Below are positions 17,617 through 26,449 of a DNA stretch of 64,000 nt, piece by piece (position 1 is the stretch's first letter; each line of letters begins with the position of its first letter). The position numbers and the translations under genes are program-made. The notes under the pieces were generated by a model that had not been told where the DNA came from, searched no databases, and saw nothing but the letters and a program-made list of their open reading frames with translations. The stretch covers positions 62,001-126,000 of the forward strand of contig CAYMEV010000004.1 of NCBI GenBank assembly GCA_964389675.1. Reading direction: 5' to 3'. This stretch comes from an uncultured Candidatus Sumerlaeota bacterium. GTDB lineage: Bacteria > CAYMEV01.

Positions 17617-19349
17617 TCAAACAGCTTCTCCAGCCTGTCCCTTTCCAGGAAAGTGCCTGGCCCCAGGCATAATTTTATCCATCTTTTCCGGTTTACCAAT
17701 TTCCTCATCTCTGCGGTTACTACGCGCATACGGTCAATTGTTGCGACATTGAGGCTGGCAAACCTGTCTGCCCTTGATCTCTTATAACCGGGAGGGGCTG
17801 GTATGTCACCGCTGTCAGGAGATTCCCTTCTCAATATTCTACCCCTTTCAAAAACTATGAGAAATCTTGAAGGACCCCGGGACAGGTCTTCCTGCCAGGC
17901 AAGTGATGATTCACTGAGGATAACTGTCCAGCACGCCCTTCGTATCTCATGAAACCCCCACATTATATTTGATTCCAGGAGCCTGCAGACTGCCTCAGGA
18001 TTCCATTCATGGTCTTCATTCTCATGTGCTTCATCGGGTTTTTCCGCTTCCCTTTCAGCCTTTCTCCTCTGCCATACCTTTCTGCTAATATTTCTTAGGG
18101 CAGGAATGACTGAACCGCAGTTAAGTTCATAACCGTGATAATCCATGAAAATATCCAGGCCCTCATTCAGGCAGTCCTGCTCAGGTGCCTTTTCACACGG
18201 TATTGCAATTGCCTTCATCAGTATTTCCTCTTGTGAGGCCATGCTTCCTTCCTGCCTTAAAAGCTCTTTCATGGCGCAAAGAGCTTCTACAGGCTCTTTT
18301 GATAAAAATGGCCCCAGCATGCATTCTTCTGATGCTTCGCCTGCAATTAAACTGAAATCCCTTGAGCAGTAAAATAAAGATTTCTTCTTCCCCCTGAGGG
18401 CAATATTATAAGGAGGGGAAAATCTCTTTATCTCGTCTGATTCCTTTATCGCTGCTTCCATAGCTGAGTCTGTGGCTTGAATATCAACCTGTCTTGCCTG
18501 TGAAAGCATTTCCAGAATATGCTCGGGATGGCGCCTGCTTTTATGAAAATAGCTTTTTACACGGTTTTTTAAGGATCCTGCCTTGCCAATATACAGTATA
18601 TCGCCGTTAGACCTGAGCATCCTGTAGATACCAGGTTTATCAGGCAGGCCGGATATCAGGCCCTGGTCCATTGGATACCTCTTTTTCTTCGATACAGCCA
18701 TTAAAGGTTTTTTCAGCCATTCCAGAAGCTGGTGATAGGTTGTTATTCTGTAATGCTTTCTTAATATCATAAGCATTGACTTCCATACAAATTCTGTTGC
18801 ATCAATATGGTCAGCACATCTTCTTAATTCTCCTACTGAATACCCGAGATAACCTGATACAGCACGCAGGCTTCTCCTCGGCAGTTCAGGAAACAGCCTT
18901 CTTGATATTGAATGCGTGCAGATCAGCCTGAAGGGGTATGCGGTCTCTCCTGAATATCTTTTATGCAGGTCTGCCAGGAATGCTTCCTCAAACCTGGCAT
19001 AATGGATTACCAGCGGGCACCAGTCGAGAAGATTAATCCTTTTTACACTCTCTGCATGGCCAAGCAGCTTCATCCAGGCCTCTTCTGCTTCAATACCCGA
19101 ATTTATATCTTCAGGAAGTATCCCGGTCACTTTCTGCACCCTCGCTGGAATAGAACTGCCTGTCTGCAGTTTAAGAACATGGGAATAAACACGCTGGGAA
19201 TCCTTATATGGTTCTGATGGTATATGCGACTGTTTCCAGCCAATCTCAAGAACTTCACTCTTTCCGGGCACTGCACCTGTGGTCTGGCAGTCCAGATATA
19301 GGACAGTAAGGCTTTTCAGCTCAAAATCCCTGCTCAGCATGACGGACAT
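17607..19349 (-). CDS. DEDDh-like exonuclease domain fused to a UvrC/Cho-type GIY-YIG endonuclease
   Basis: N-terminal YLDCQTTG...LEIG...TGI...HYARFE (DnaQ fold, altered catalytic residues). PGIYRM...LYIGKA..LKNRVKSYF...E...PPYN. Confidence 0.85.
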   Translation of the reverse strand: MSVMLSRDFELKSLTVLYLDCQTTGAVPGKSEVLEIGWKQSHIPSEPYKDSQRVYSHVLKLQTGSSIPARVQKVTGILPEDINSGIEAEEAWMKLLGHAESVKRINLLDWCPLVIHYARFEEAFLADLHKRYSGETAYPFRLICTHSISRRLFPELPRRSLRAVSGYLGYSVGELRRCADHIDATEFVWKSMLMILRKHYRITTYHQLLEWLKKPLMAVSKKKRYPMDQGLISGLPDKPGIYRMLRSNGDILYIGKAGSLKNRVKSYFHKSRRHPEHILEMLSQARQVDIQATDSAMEAAIKESDEIKRFSPPYNIALRGKKKSLFYCSRDFSLIAGEASEECMLGPFLSKEPVEALCAMKELLRQEGSMASQEEILMKAIAIPCEKAPEQDCLNEGLDIFMDYHGYELNCGSVIPALRNISRKVWQRRKAEREAEKPDEAHENEDHEWNPEAVCRLLESNIMWGFHEIRRACWTVILSESSLAWQEDLSRGPSRFLIVFERGRILRRESPDSGDIPAPPGYKRSRADRFASLNVATIDRMRVVTAEMRKLVNRKRWIKLCLGPGTFLERDRLEKLFEWV

Positions 19350-21701
19350 TCAGTTTCCCCCGTCCCAGAACCTGCCAAGGGCAGAGCCGATGTCTTCAGC
19401 ATCTCTGACAAACTGCGGTTTCCAGTCATATGGCATCATATTTCTATAGGGCTCTTCGGGATACCTTGAATCTATCAGAAGTACTGCACCTCTGTCAGTT
19501 TCTGAACGTATTACACGCCCTGCAGCCTGCAGCACTTTTATCATGCCCGGGATCTGATAGGCAAAAGCAAGCCCTGAATGATCCAGTTTATTAAAATATC
19601 CCTTGATAAGCTCCCTTTCAGTGTTTATTTTTGGAAACCCGACACCAACAATAACCGCTCCTGTAAGCTTATTGCCCACAAGATCAATTGACTCCGCAAA
19701 AAAACCGCCCATGACGGCAAAGCCGATCAGATACCTGGAATTATTATCCTTAAAGGATGCAAGGAAGCTATCCCTTTCAGCTTCTGACATCCCCGGATTT
19801 TGTACAAGTATATCTGTTTCTTCATCAGGGCTTTTAAAAACACCGCATACCATTTTCATATATGCATATGACGGAAAAAACACAAGATAATTTCCCTTCC
19901 TTGCACTGACCAGGCTGTTGATCATTTCCCCGACCATATGCCTTGTCGCGTTTCTATGCCTGTACATTACAGATATCCCTCCGGCAACCATTATCTTAAG
20001 GTTCTCCGATATAAAAGGGGAAGGCAGCGTAAGCCTCCTGATATCATAGCTGCAGCCAAAAAGCCTTGCAAAATAATCCATAGGCTCAAGCGTTGCTGAA
20101 AAAAACACTGTCGCATGGCACTTCTTAAGGACATCCTGTATATGCCGGCCTGGATCAATGCAGAAAAGCCTGATGAGAAATTCTGCATTTTCCAGCAGAT
20201 AGTAGGTGGCGTAGCCTGAATCATAGTTCTCGGCTGTATTTACAAATCTGCGGGCATCAAAATAGAATTCAGTAAGGTCTTCCCTGAAATCCGCCTGCTG
20301 ATTCCTTGCAAGCCATTGTTCCGTCTCCTGAAGGAATTTCCTCAAGAGCCCGCATAATTCATCCGGATAACTGTCCCTGGTTATGGATGGTGAATCTTCT
20401 GGAATGGCCCTTCTTTCCTTAAGGAAAAATGAATTTATACTGCCCAGCCTTCGATATATATTCGGCAGGGCATTTTTAAGCCTCCTCCTCAAAGCAAGCA
20501 CCGTGCTTTTCTGAAGGCTGGCAGAAAACATCTCCCTTGACCTGTCCACAAGATTATGAGCTTCATCGACAAGCAGCATATTTCTGCCTTCGTACATATC
20601 AAAGAATCTTCTCAGATAGACCCTGGGATCAAAAACATAATTATAATCGCAGATAATTACATCAACCCACAGGGCCAGCTCAAGGGAAAACTCAAAGGGG
20701 CAGAGCCTGTGCTTTTCAGCATATTCCTGTATGGCATCCATTGAAAATCTGTCTCTCTGGAATGCATCCCTGACTGCTTCATTTATCCTGTAATAAAACC
20801 CTTTAGCATAGGAACATTCAGCACCGTTGCATGCCTTATCGGGATTGAAACAGATCTTATCCTTTGCTGTGAGACTGATATGCTTTATTGAAAGGCCATT
20901 CCCCCTCAAAATATCAAGGCATTTTTCAGCTGCCTTCCTGCCTGTGGTACGCGCAGTCAGATAAAAGACCCTCAGGTCTTTATCCTTCACCATCTTCTTA
21001 ATTGCTGGAAGCATAACTGCCATTGTCTTACCTGTCCCTGTCGGGGCCTGTATTAAAATATCCTCCCTGTCCTCAAGTGCTGAAGCAACTTTTTGGATCA
21101 TCTTTTCCTGTCCTGCCCTGTATCGCTTAAAAGGGAACTCAGTTTCCCCTAATGTTTCATTCCTTTTTTTGACCCATTTGCTTGTTGTATCAGCCCAGGC
21201 AATATACTTTCTTATAAGTTCGTCAAAGAAGCTTTCCAGTTCCTTGACATCGAATTCACGCCTTATTTCGAGTTTGTCCTTTTCATCAATATTATAGTAT
21301 GTAAGCTGTATGGCTATTTTGGTCAGGCTGTGCTGGACAGCATATATATAACCATAGCATTTGGCCTGTCCCCAGTGCATTTTATTTTCTTCCTCCTGTA
21401 CAGCAGGGAGGCTTTTTTTTGTTGTTTTTATCTCATCAATGACAGCATGGCCATGGTATTCATAAACACCGTCTATCCTTCCCCCTATCTTTATCAGATA
21501 CCCTTCCAGCTCAGTTTCATACAGGACTTGCATCTCCGGGGCATATTCAGCCGGCCTGGATTTCTGTATTGCCTGATGGATCCTTATTGCACGGACAGGA
21601 TTCTCGCCGCCGAACAATGTCAGGTTCAGATCGCCTGTTCTCTCACTGTATTCAACAAGTTCCCTGACTGATACTCTTATTTCGGTTTTCACAAATCTCA
21701 T
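19350..21701 (-). CDS. PD-(D/E)XK nuclease - DinG/XPD Fe-S helicase fusion
   Basis: GRIDG...IDEIKTT...QAKCY nuclease motifs. Q motif, APTGTGKT, four-Cys cluster, DEAH, FSATL, FPSY and QAAGRVIR helicase motifs. Confidence 0.92.
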   Translation of the reverse strand: MRFVKTEIRVSVRELVEYSERTGDLNLTLFGGENPVRAIRIHQAIQKSRPAEYAPEMQVLYETELEGYLIKIGGRIDGVYEYHGHAVIDEIKTTKKSLPAVQEEENKMHWGQAKCYGYIYAVQHSLTKIAIQLTYYNIDEKDKLEIRREFDVKELESFFDELIRKYIAWADTTSKWVKKRNETLGETEFPFKRYRAGQEKMIQKVASALEDREDILIQAPTGTGKTMAVMLPAIKKMVKDKDLRVFYLTARTTGRKAAEKCLDILRGNGLSIKHISLTAKDKICFNPDKACNGAECSYAKGFYYRINEAVRDAFQRDRFSMDAIQEYAEKHRLCPFEFSLELALWVDVIICDYNYVFDPRVYLRRFFDMYEGRNMLLVDEAHNLVDRSREMFSASLQKSTVLALRRRLKNALPNIYRRLGSINSFFLKERRAIPEDSPSITRDSYPDELCGLLRKFLQETEQWLARNQQADFREDLTEFYFDARRFVNTAENYDSGYATYYLLENAEFLIRLFCIDPGRHIQDVLKKCHATVFFSATLEPMDYFARLFGCSYDIRRLTLPSPFISENLKIMVAGGISVMYRHRNATRHMVGEMINSLVSARKGNYLVFFPSYAYMKMVCGVFKSPDEETDILVQNPGMSEAERDSFLASFKDNNSRYLIGFAVMGGFFAESIDLVGNKLTGAVIVGVGFPKINTERELIKGYFNKLDHSGLAFAYQIPGMIKVLQAAGRVIRSETDRGAVLLIDSRYPEEPYRNMMPYDWKPQFVRDAEDIGSALGRFWDGGN

Positions 21702-21850
21702 TTCCGCATTTCTGATTTCGGATAAGAAGGCTGGATAATCATATGCATAGAGATATTATTATGAGATTACCATAATTAAAAGAAAAAATAATACCTTTGC
21801 CTCTTAATAATATAATACTGGAATAAAGGTTTTGATTTTGAGATGAAGAA

Positions 21851-21884
21851 GGCTTTTATGCAGGCAAAAGCATGCATAAAAGCC
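21851..21884 (-). terminator. Probable intrinsic terminator after the lipoprotein gene
   Basis: 12-bp perfect arms GGCTTTTATGCA/TGCATAAAAGCC, 13 nt after the stop, followed by TTCTTC on the minus strand. Confidence 0.6.
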
Positions 21885-21897
21885 CTGGTCTGTAAGG

Positions 21898-22485
21898 CTA
21901 TTTCTTTTGCAAATTGTATGTGATGACGGAGCCATAACCGTCAGCTTCCCCTGAGTTGATAACTATATGGTATTCCCATCCGTCTTTCTCGCCTGCAAAA
22001 ATCTCATTGTTCATATTCTGGAAGGGCTCTGATTTATCCTTATATGTCTCAAGTATTTTCTGCGATACAGTCTTTACATCATCCTGTGTGCCTATAACAA
22101 GGTTATAGGCCATAATTCCCTCAATAGTCTGATGGAATCCGCCGAGAACATCTGATGTCCCGGAATTATAAACAGGGAACTCCTTTTCAGGATAACCGGA
22201 AGGCATATTCCCTCTAACACGATCAGCTTCCTCTTTTACAGCTTCTTCAGATTCCTCTGCAGCATCTGAATCCCCGCTCTCCTCAACAGCTTCCTCAGAG
22301 GCCTCAACTGCATCACCTTCGGCAGATTCCTCTACCTGTTCGTCTGATGTCTGCTCAACGGCTTCAGCCGGCATTTCTGACTGTTCCGGTTTCCTGCTCT
22401 CACCCTTATCCTTTGCGGTCTGCCCGCATCCCATTGCAAACAATGCAATTACCGCAATCAGCGCGGTCAATGTTTTCATTTTCAT
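21898..22485 (-). CDS. Lipoprotein with an acidic low-complexity linker
   Basis: Lipobox AMG-C, E/A/S-rich linker, small C-terminal domain (PSGYPEKEFPVY). Confidence 0.75.
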   Translation of the reverse strand: MKMKTLTALIAVIALFAMGCGQTAKDKGESRKPEQSEMPAEAVEQTSDEQVEESAEGDAVEASEEAVEESGDSDAAEESEEAVKEEADRVRGNMPSGYPEKEFPVYNSGTSDVLGGFHQTIEGIMAYNLVIGTQDDVKTVSQKILETYKDKSEPFQNMNNEIFAGEKDGWEYHIVINSGEADGYGSVITYNLQKK

Positions 22486-22592
22486 TTTTAAGCACTCCTT
22501 TCATTACTGTATTGAATTAAACAAATCTTATAATATAACTCAACCTCAAAAACGCAAAGCATTTTTATATCCTAATATCGGTAATTATTTCA

Positions 22593-23303
22593 TCATGCTC
22601 CTGCACTTGCTAAAAAACTGCCAAGGACAGCAGGTATATTGCCTGCCATATGAACAATGATGGCATAAGCATGGTTATCATGCTTTTCATGGTAATAACC
22701 TGCTATAATCCCAAGCACTGCAGTAAAGACCACAATTCTTCCTACAAACAAAAACCCTGCCCCAGTTGTAATGAGAATCACATGGGCAAACCCGAAAAGT
22801 ATTCCGCTGATGATCACAGGAAGGCTAAGCCTCAGTAAAAAGATCCTTATGCTGTATTTATTCAGGGGCTTAAGCATATTCAGAAGAAACCCCCTGAATA
22901 AAAATTCTTCAGCTATGCTTGCATAAATAAACACAAGAATAAATACCTGCAAAGGGGTCATTTGCTCAAGCATCTTGTGCGATCCCATCTTCCCGCCTGA
23001 AACAGCAGTTATCACAGCCAGAAAGATATTAATAAAGAATGATGAAAATAGACCTGTTAAAAAAGGCATAATTACAGATCTGGCAGAAGGAATGGAAATT
23101 CTGTAATTTACCTGCTTTTTCATTGCATATATCATCAGAACTGACAAAATAAGCATTATTGTGTGGGTCATAAAAGACCCCTGGAGAAAACTGACACCTG
23201 TTTTAATAAATCTTCCTGACACAGTTGAAATTCCAAATATGATAAATGTCAGTAAAACAGCTGAAAAAACCCTCGCACTGATACTTTTCCGTTCATCGTT
23301 CAT
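22593..23303 (-). CDS. CPBP (CAAX/Abi) intramembrane metalloprotease
   Basis: AEEFLFRG, LFGFAH and IIVHMAGN motifs in a multi-TM protein. Confidence 0.9.
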   Translation of the reverse strand: MNDERKSISARVFSAVLLTFIIFGISTVSGRFIKTGVSFLQGSFMTHTIMLILSVLMIYAMKKQVNYRISIPSARSVIMPFLTGLFSSFFINIFLAVITAVSGGKMGSHKMLEQMTPLQVFILVFIYASIAEEFLFRGFLLNMLKPLNKYSIRIFLLRLSLPVIISGILFGFAHVILITTGAGFLFVGRIVVFTAVLGIIAGYYHEKHDNHAYAIIVHMAGNIPAVLGSFLASAGA

Positions 23304-23379
23304 AAGATCATCCCTTCTCTGTTTTTATTATTCTTTTTTTGGCAGAAACCCTGAAGCTTATATGCTGCAAGGCCTTTTT

Positions 23380-23895
23380 CTACCTGAACCTTGTCGAATA
23401 TACCTTCCTCGGGAAATCCCCCCCGGCATACTCCATTTTCGTGTTCCCCTTTACAATGACTTCATCTGCATATGCTTCAAGAACCCTTCCTATAAAAAGA
23501 GTCTTGTCCCCGGTCTCTACATCCTTAATAAGCCTGCACTCCATAAAAGCGACACACTCATCAATAACAGGAGCCTTTATACTTCTTGCTGATTTCGGGG
23601 TCAAACCTGTCTCTTTGAATTTATCAAGCTTGTATCCGGTATGGGAACCGCAGAAATAAATTTTGCCTTTCAGGCCTGAGCCGGGAACATTCACTGCAAA
23701 TTCTCCCGTGCTTTTAATAAGGGAAGATGAATATGCATCCCTGCTTATGGCACATGCCAGAAGGGGAGGTTCCTTTGAGACAGGCATGACAAAGCTCAAG
23801 GCTATAATATTGGATCTGCCTTCCATTTCCCCCGTAGTAATGAGGAAATGCCTCATAGGCCACATATATTCAAGATATTCTACATCAAGTCTCAT
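23380..23895 (-). CDS. Flavin reductase-like FMN-binding protein
   Basis: PVSKEPP, GEFAVNVP, CGSHTG..DKF, ECR and GDKTLFIG motifs. Confidence 0.88.
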   Translation of the reverse strand: MRLDVEYLEYMWPMRHFLITTGEMEGRSNIIALSFVMPVSKEPPLLACAISRDAYSSSLIKSTGEFAVNVPGSGLKGKIYFCGSHTGYKLDKFKETGLTPKSARSIKAPVIDECVAFMECRLIKDVETGDKTLFIGRVLEAYADEVIVKGNTKMEYAGGDFPRKVYSTRFR

Positions 23896-23912
23896 TTCTT
23901 ACAGCCCACCTA

Positions 23913-24227
23913 TTAATCTGAGTATTCCCTCTGAATTACAGGAAGCACTATCCTGTTGCTCGGGCCATCCCCCCTGGCAACACTGACTGACACTTTGCCT
24001 TTCAGTGAATCAAATATTTCCGCAGCATCCCTGTGTGAAAACCCCGGACACAAGAGGACAGCATCAATCCCCTCGCTTTCATAAAGCTCTTTTGCAGTCT
24101 CTACAGCCTCTTTCTGATCCCTGACTATCACAGAAAAAAGCCTTAATTTACCTGTATCAATGATGCTCCTGTGCCTGCTGCATTCTGCATCAGGTGCATG
24201 AGCCATAAACAATGATCTGAATGCCAT
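23913..24227 (-). CDS. Small conserved hypothetical protein (DUF6506-like)
   Basis: GGAGG RBS. EGIDAVLLCPGF resembles the conserved LCxGF motif recalled for this family. Confidence 0.6.
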   Translation of the reverse strand: MAFRSLFMAHAPDAECSRHRSIIDTGKLRLFSVIVRDQKEAVETAKELYESEGIDAVLLCPGFSHRDAAEIFDSLKGKVSVSVARGDGPSNRIVLPVIQREYSD

Positions 24228-24258
24228 TCTTAGTATTTAACCTCCTTACCTTTATTTT

Positions 24259-24822
24259 CTAAAAATATCTTCCTGTATCCCCCATGTATCTCCTGTAGGA
24301 ATCTTTATGCACCGACTCAAGATACCTCTCTTCTCCTAAGATAATAAAATGAAACAGAATAATGCTCAGTGAAGCAGGAAATATGACCAATGGAGACATT
24401 ACGCTCATCATCATGCCAAGAAGCACAATATCAAGCGATAAGAAATAGGGATTTCGCGAATACCTGAATACCCCGCTGATTACAAGCTCTGTTTTTTCAG
24501 ACTGATCAATGCCTATCCTCCAGCTTTTACCCATGCTGAGAGAAGAGACTATTCCAAATAGTACACCTGAAACTACAAGAAAAGAGCCGGCATAAAAAAG
24601 CATGGCTGAACTGAAGAAGACCGGGCAAATATTATCAGCCCCGGGAAATAATAGATATATGAGGTAGATGATCATGGATGAACCGGAAAGCTGTACTGAA
24701 ACCTTCACAGGTTTATTGCCATCCCGCAGGATTCTTCCAATGTGTTTTTTTAATAAAAGAGACCTAAGGAAAAAGAATGCAAAAAAAATAATAATAAAAA
24801 GGGCCGGAATATAATTAATCAT
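24259..24822 (-). CDS. Isoprenylcysteine carboxyl methyltransferase/PEMT family membrane protein
   Basis: MGKSWRIGID, LVISGVFRYSRNPYF, EERYL and Y..Y...TGRYF motifs. Confidence 0.88.
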   Translation of the reverse strand: MINYIPALFIIIFFAFFFLRSLLLKKHIGRILRDGNKPVKVSVQLSGSSMIIYLIYLLFPGADNICPVFFSSAMLFYAGSFLVVSGVLFGIVSSLSMGKSWRIGIDQSEKTELVISGVFRYSRNPYFLSLDIVLLGMMMSVMSPLVIFPASLSIILFHFIILGEERYLESVHKDSYRRYMGDTGRYF

Positions 24823-24937
24823 TTATGAAACCCTTGATGAATAATTTATCACATTTTTGTCTTTTTAATCTTTGCATCTGCTTATATAATAGCAAAGATC
24901 TGCCTGCAATAAAAGATATGTTTTCAATTTTTTTTCT

Positions 24938-24953
24938 GACCGTCCCCTGTCTT
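24938..24953. repeat. Half-copy of the REP-like motif
   Basis: GACCGTCCCCTGTCTT matches the core of the 7378 and 7646 elements; intergenic. Confidence 0.35.
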
Positions 24954-25019
24954 ATATAAGGGAGATTCACTAATTATTGCTTTTTATATGGCAGGAAACT
25001 AAAAAGGAGTTAAGATCAT

Positions 25020-25532
25020 ATGAAAATTCAAAAGGAACCCATAGACGCAATTCATGCTCTCCCGGCTTTCCCTGCAGTCCTTGTTACAGTGGCTAAGAAC
25101 ATTATCTCTGTGGCGGCATTCTCCTTCTGCTCATTTGATCCGCCAATGATCATGATAGGGATAATTCCTGAGAATTATTCATATGAGCTTATAAAAAGGG
25201 AGAAGTCTTTTGCAGTTAATATACCCCGCCATGATCAGTTCGAGATAGTGAAGACATGCGGTTCAGTTTCAGGGAGGACTGCCGATAAATACAGCAGGGC
25301 AGGAATTACCCCGCTTAAGGCAAAAAAAATAAGCGGGTACATCATCAAGGAATGCCCGGTCAATATTGAGTGCAGTGTCCTGTCTGAATATAACTGCAAC
25401 GGCTCTCACATATGGTTTATCGGCAGAATTGAATCTGTACAGATTGAGGAGGATTATAAGAGGGAACAGGCATTAATGTTCTGGCTGGGGCAGTACAGAA
25501 AGGTCGGCGAAATAATACACAGCAAATCCTGA
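25020..25532 (+). CDS. Flavin reductase-like FMN-binding protein (second paralogue)
   Basis: SFDPPM, FAVNIP, CGSVSGRTADK, ECPVNIEC and GSHIWFIG motifs. Confidence 0.88.
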   Translation: MKIQKEPIDAIHALPAFPAVLVTVAKNIISVAAFSFCSFDPPMIMIGIIPENYSYELIKREKSFAVNIPRHDQFEIVKTCGSVSGRTADKYSRAGITPLKAKKISGYIIKECPVNIECSVLSEYNCNGSHIWFIGRIESVQIEEDYKREQALMFWLGQYRKVGEIIHSKS

Positions 25533-25587
25533 GAAATAAGAGACTTTCGGTTCAGCTGCCAGGGAAGGGTCAAATCTTCAAACAGGG

Positions 25588-26109
25588 TTAGTCCGGCCTG
25601 CTTCTCCCCGGAAACACTGCATACTCAAATGGCCATTTCTCACTGATCCATTGCCTGACTGCCTTTTCCAGAACCGGGTCTAAGCCCCTGTCATATGCAC
25701 TTTTTCTTACCCACATGAATACTGCAGCATCCGGCCCGCCAATGCCCTTATTAATATATATGCTGCCGAGGACATTTTTCTCGTCCAGGCTTAGAACAGC
25801 ATATGTAAAGCTTTTCCTCTTCTTAAAAAGCTTTTCTTTAATCATTATCTGTTCCCTGTTCATCTGTACCGTAAAATCCCCTCCAGGCCATTTATCGCTC
25901 AAAAGGGCTCTATGAATGATCTCCACTGACTCCATGACCGCTTCATAATCATCTTTGGCATCAGAGGCTCTTAAAGGCCGGATAATAAAATCCTCTGTCT
26001 CCAGCCTCTGAGGTATATCAAAATCCTTTGGAACAATGGAGTTTCCGCATGACAAAAATACAGCGGACAATAGTATTATTGCAATTAATACTGCTCTATT
26101 TCTTCTCAC
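25588..26109 (-). CDS. GNAT-fold lipoprotein
   Basis: GTG 26109 after AAGGCGGTG. Signal MRRNRAVLIAIILLSAVFLS-C. IRPL...DYEAVM, SFTYAV, GSIYI, WVR and WPF motifs. Confidence 0.7.
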   Translation of the reverse strand: MRRNRAVLIAIILLSAVFLSCGNSIVPKDFDIPQRLETEDFIIRPLRASDAKDDYEAVMESVEIIHRALLSDKWPGGDFTVQMNREQIMIKEKLFKKRKSFTYAVLSLDEKNVLGSIYINKGIGGPDAAVFMWVRKSAYDRGLDPVLEKAVRQWISEKWPFEYAVFPGRSRPD

Positions 26110-26114
26110 CAGTA

Positions 26115-26225
26115 TCACCGCCTTTTTATAGTTTTTTTTTTGCATCTCAAACTGAATAAAGGGGCATTAATTAAAAGGACCAGCATTATCCCGTATATTG
26201 AGTACTTAGAAATTCTATTGAACAT
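26115..26225 (-). CDS. 36-aa small hydrophobic ORF (small membrane peptide or gene remnant)
   Basis: AGGAGG RBS. MFNRISKYSIYGIMLVLLINAPLFSLRCKKKTIKRR. Stop overlaps the RBS of the next gene. Confidence 0.35.
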   Translation of the reverse strand: MFNRISKYSIYGIMLVLLINAPLFSLRCKKKTIKRR

Positions 26226-26449
26226 TGAAAAAAACCTCCTTCTGGATTTTTAATCCATATATTTGCCCTGATCATCTTCCCGGCTGGTCAATGGATGATT
26301 ATAATATTATAAATAATTTAATATGAAAAAACAAAGCATAATTAGAATTTTTTGATAAATTCTTTTTCGGTCTGATACCCCTATTTTATTGAATTATTTA
26401 TTTTATTTGCAAAAAGTGGATAATTCAGTTAAATATAGCCTGAAATAAT

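Noticed and set aside
19350..21701. DinG helicase with a Cas4-like nuclease as part of a type IV CRISPR system
   Set aside because: No repeat-spacer array or cas/csf genes recognised in the window. The nuclease domain lacks the Cas4 cysteine cluster. Stand-alone PD-(D/E)XK-DinG fusions are common.
21758..21776. ATTATG-N7-CATAAT inverted repeat upstream of the helicase operon
   Set aside because: Short, almost all A/T in an AT-rich spacer, and unrelated to the lexA palindrome.
26132..26141. A10 tract as a phase-variation or frameshift site fusing the 36-aa ORF to the GNAT gene
   Set aside because: The GNAT gene has its own RBS, GTG start and lipoprotein signal. A fusion would carry two signal peptides.
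4569..26225. Accessory stretch as an integrated mobile element or prophage
   Set aside because: No integrase, transposase, phage structural gene, tRNA target or flanking direct repeat recognised.
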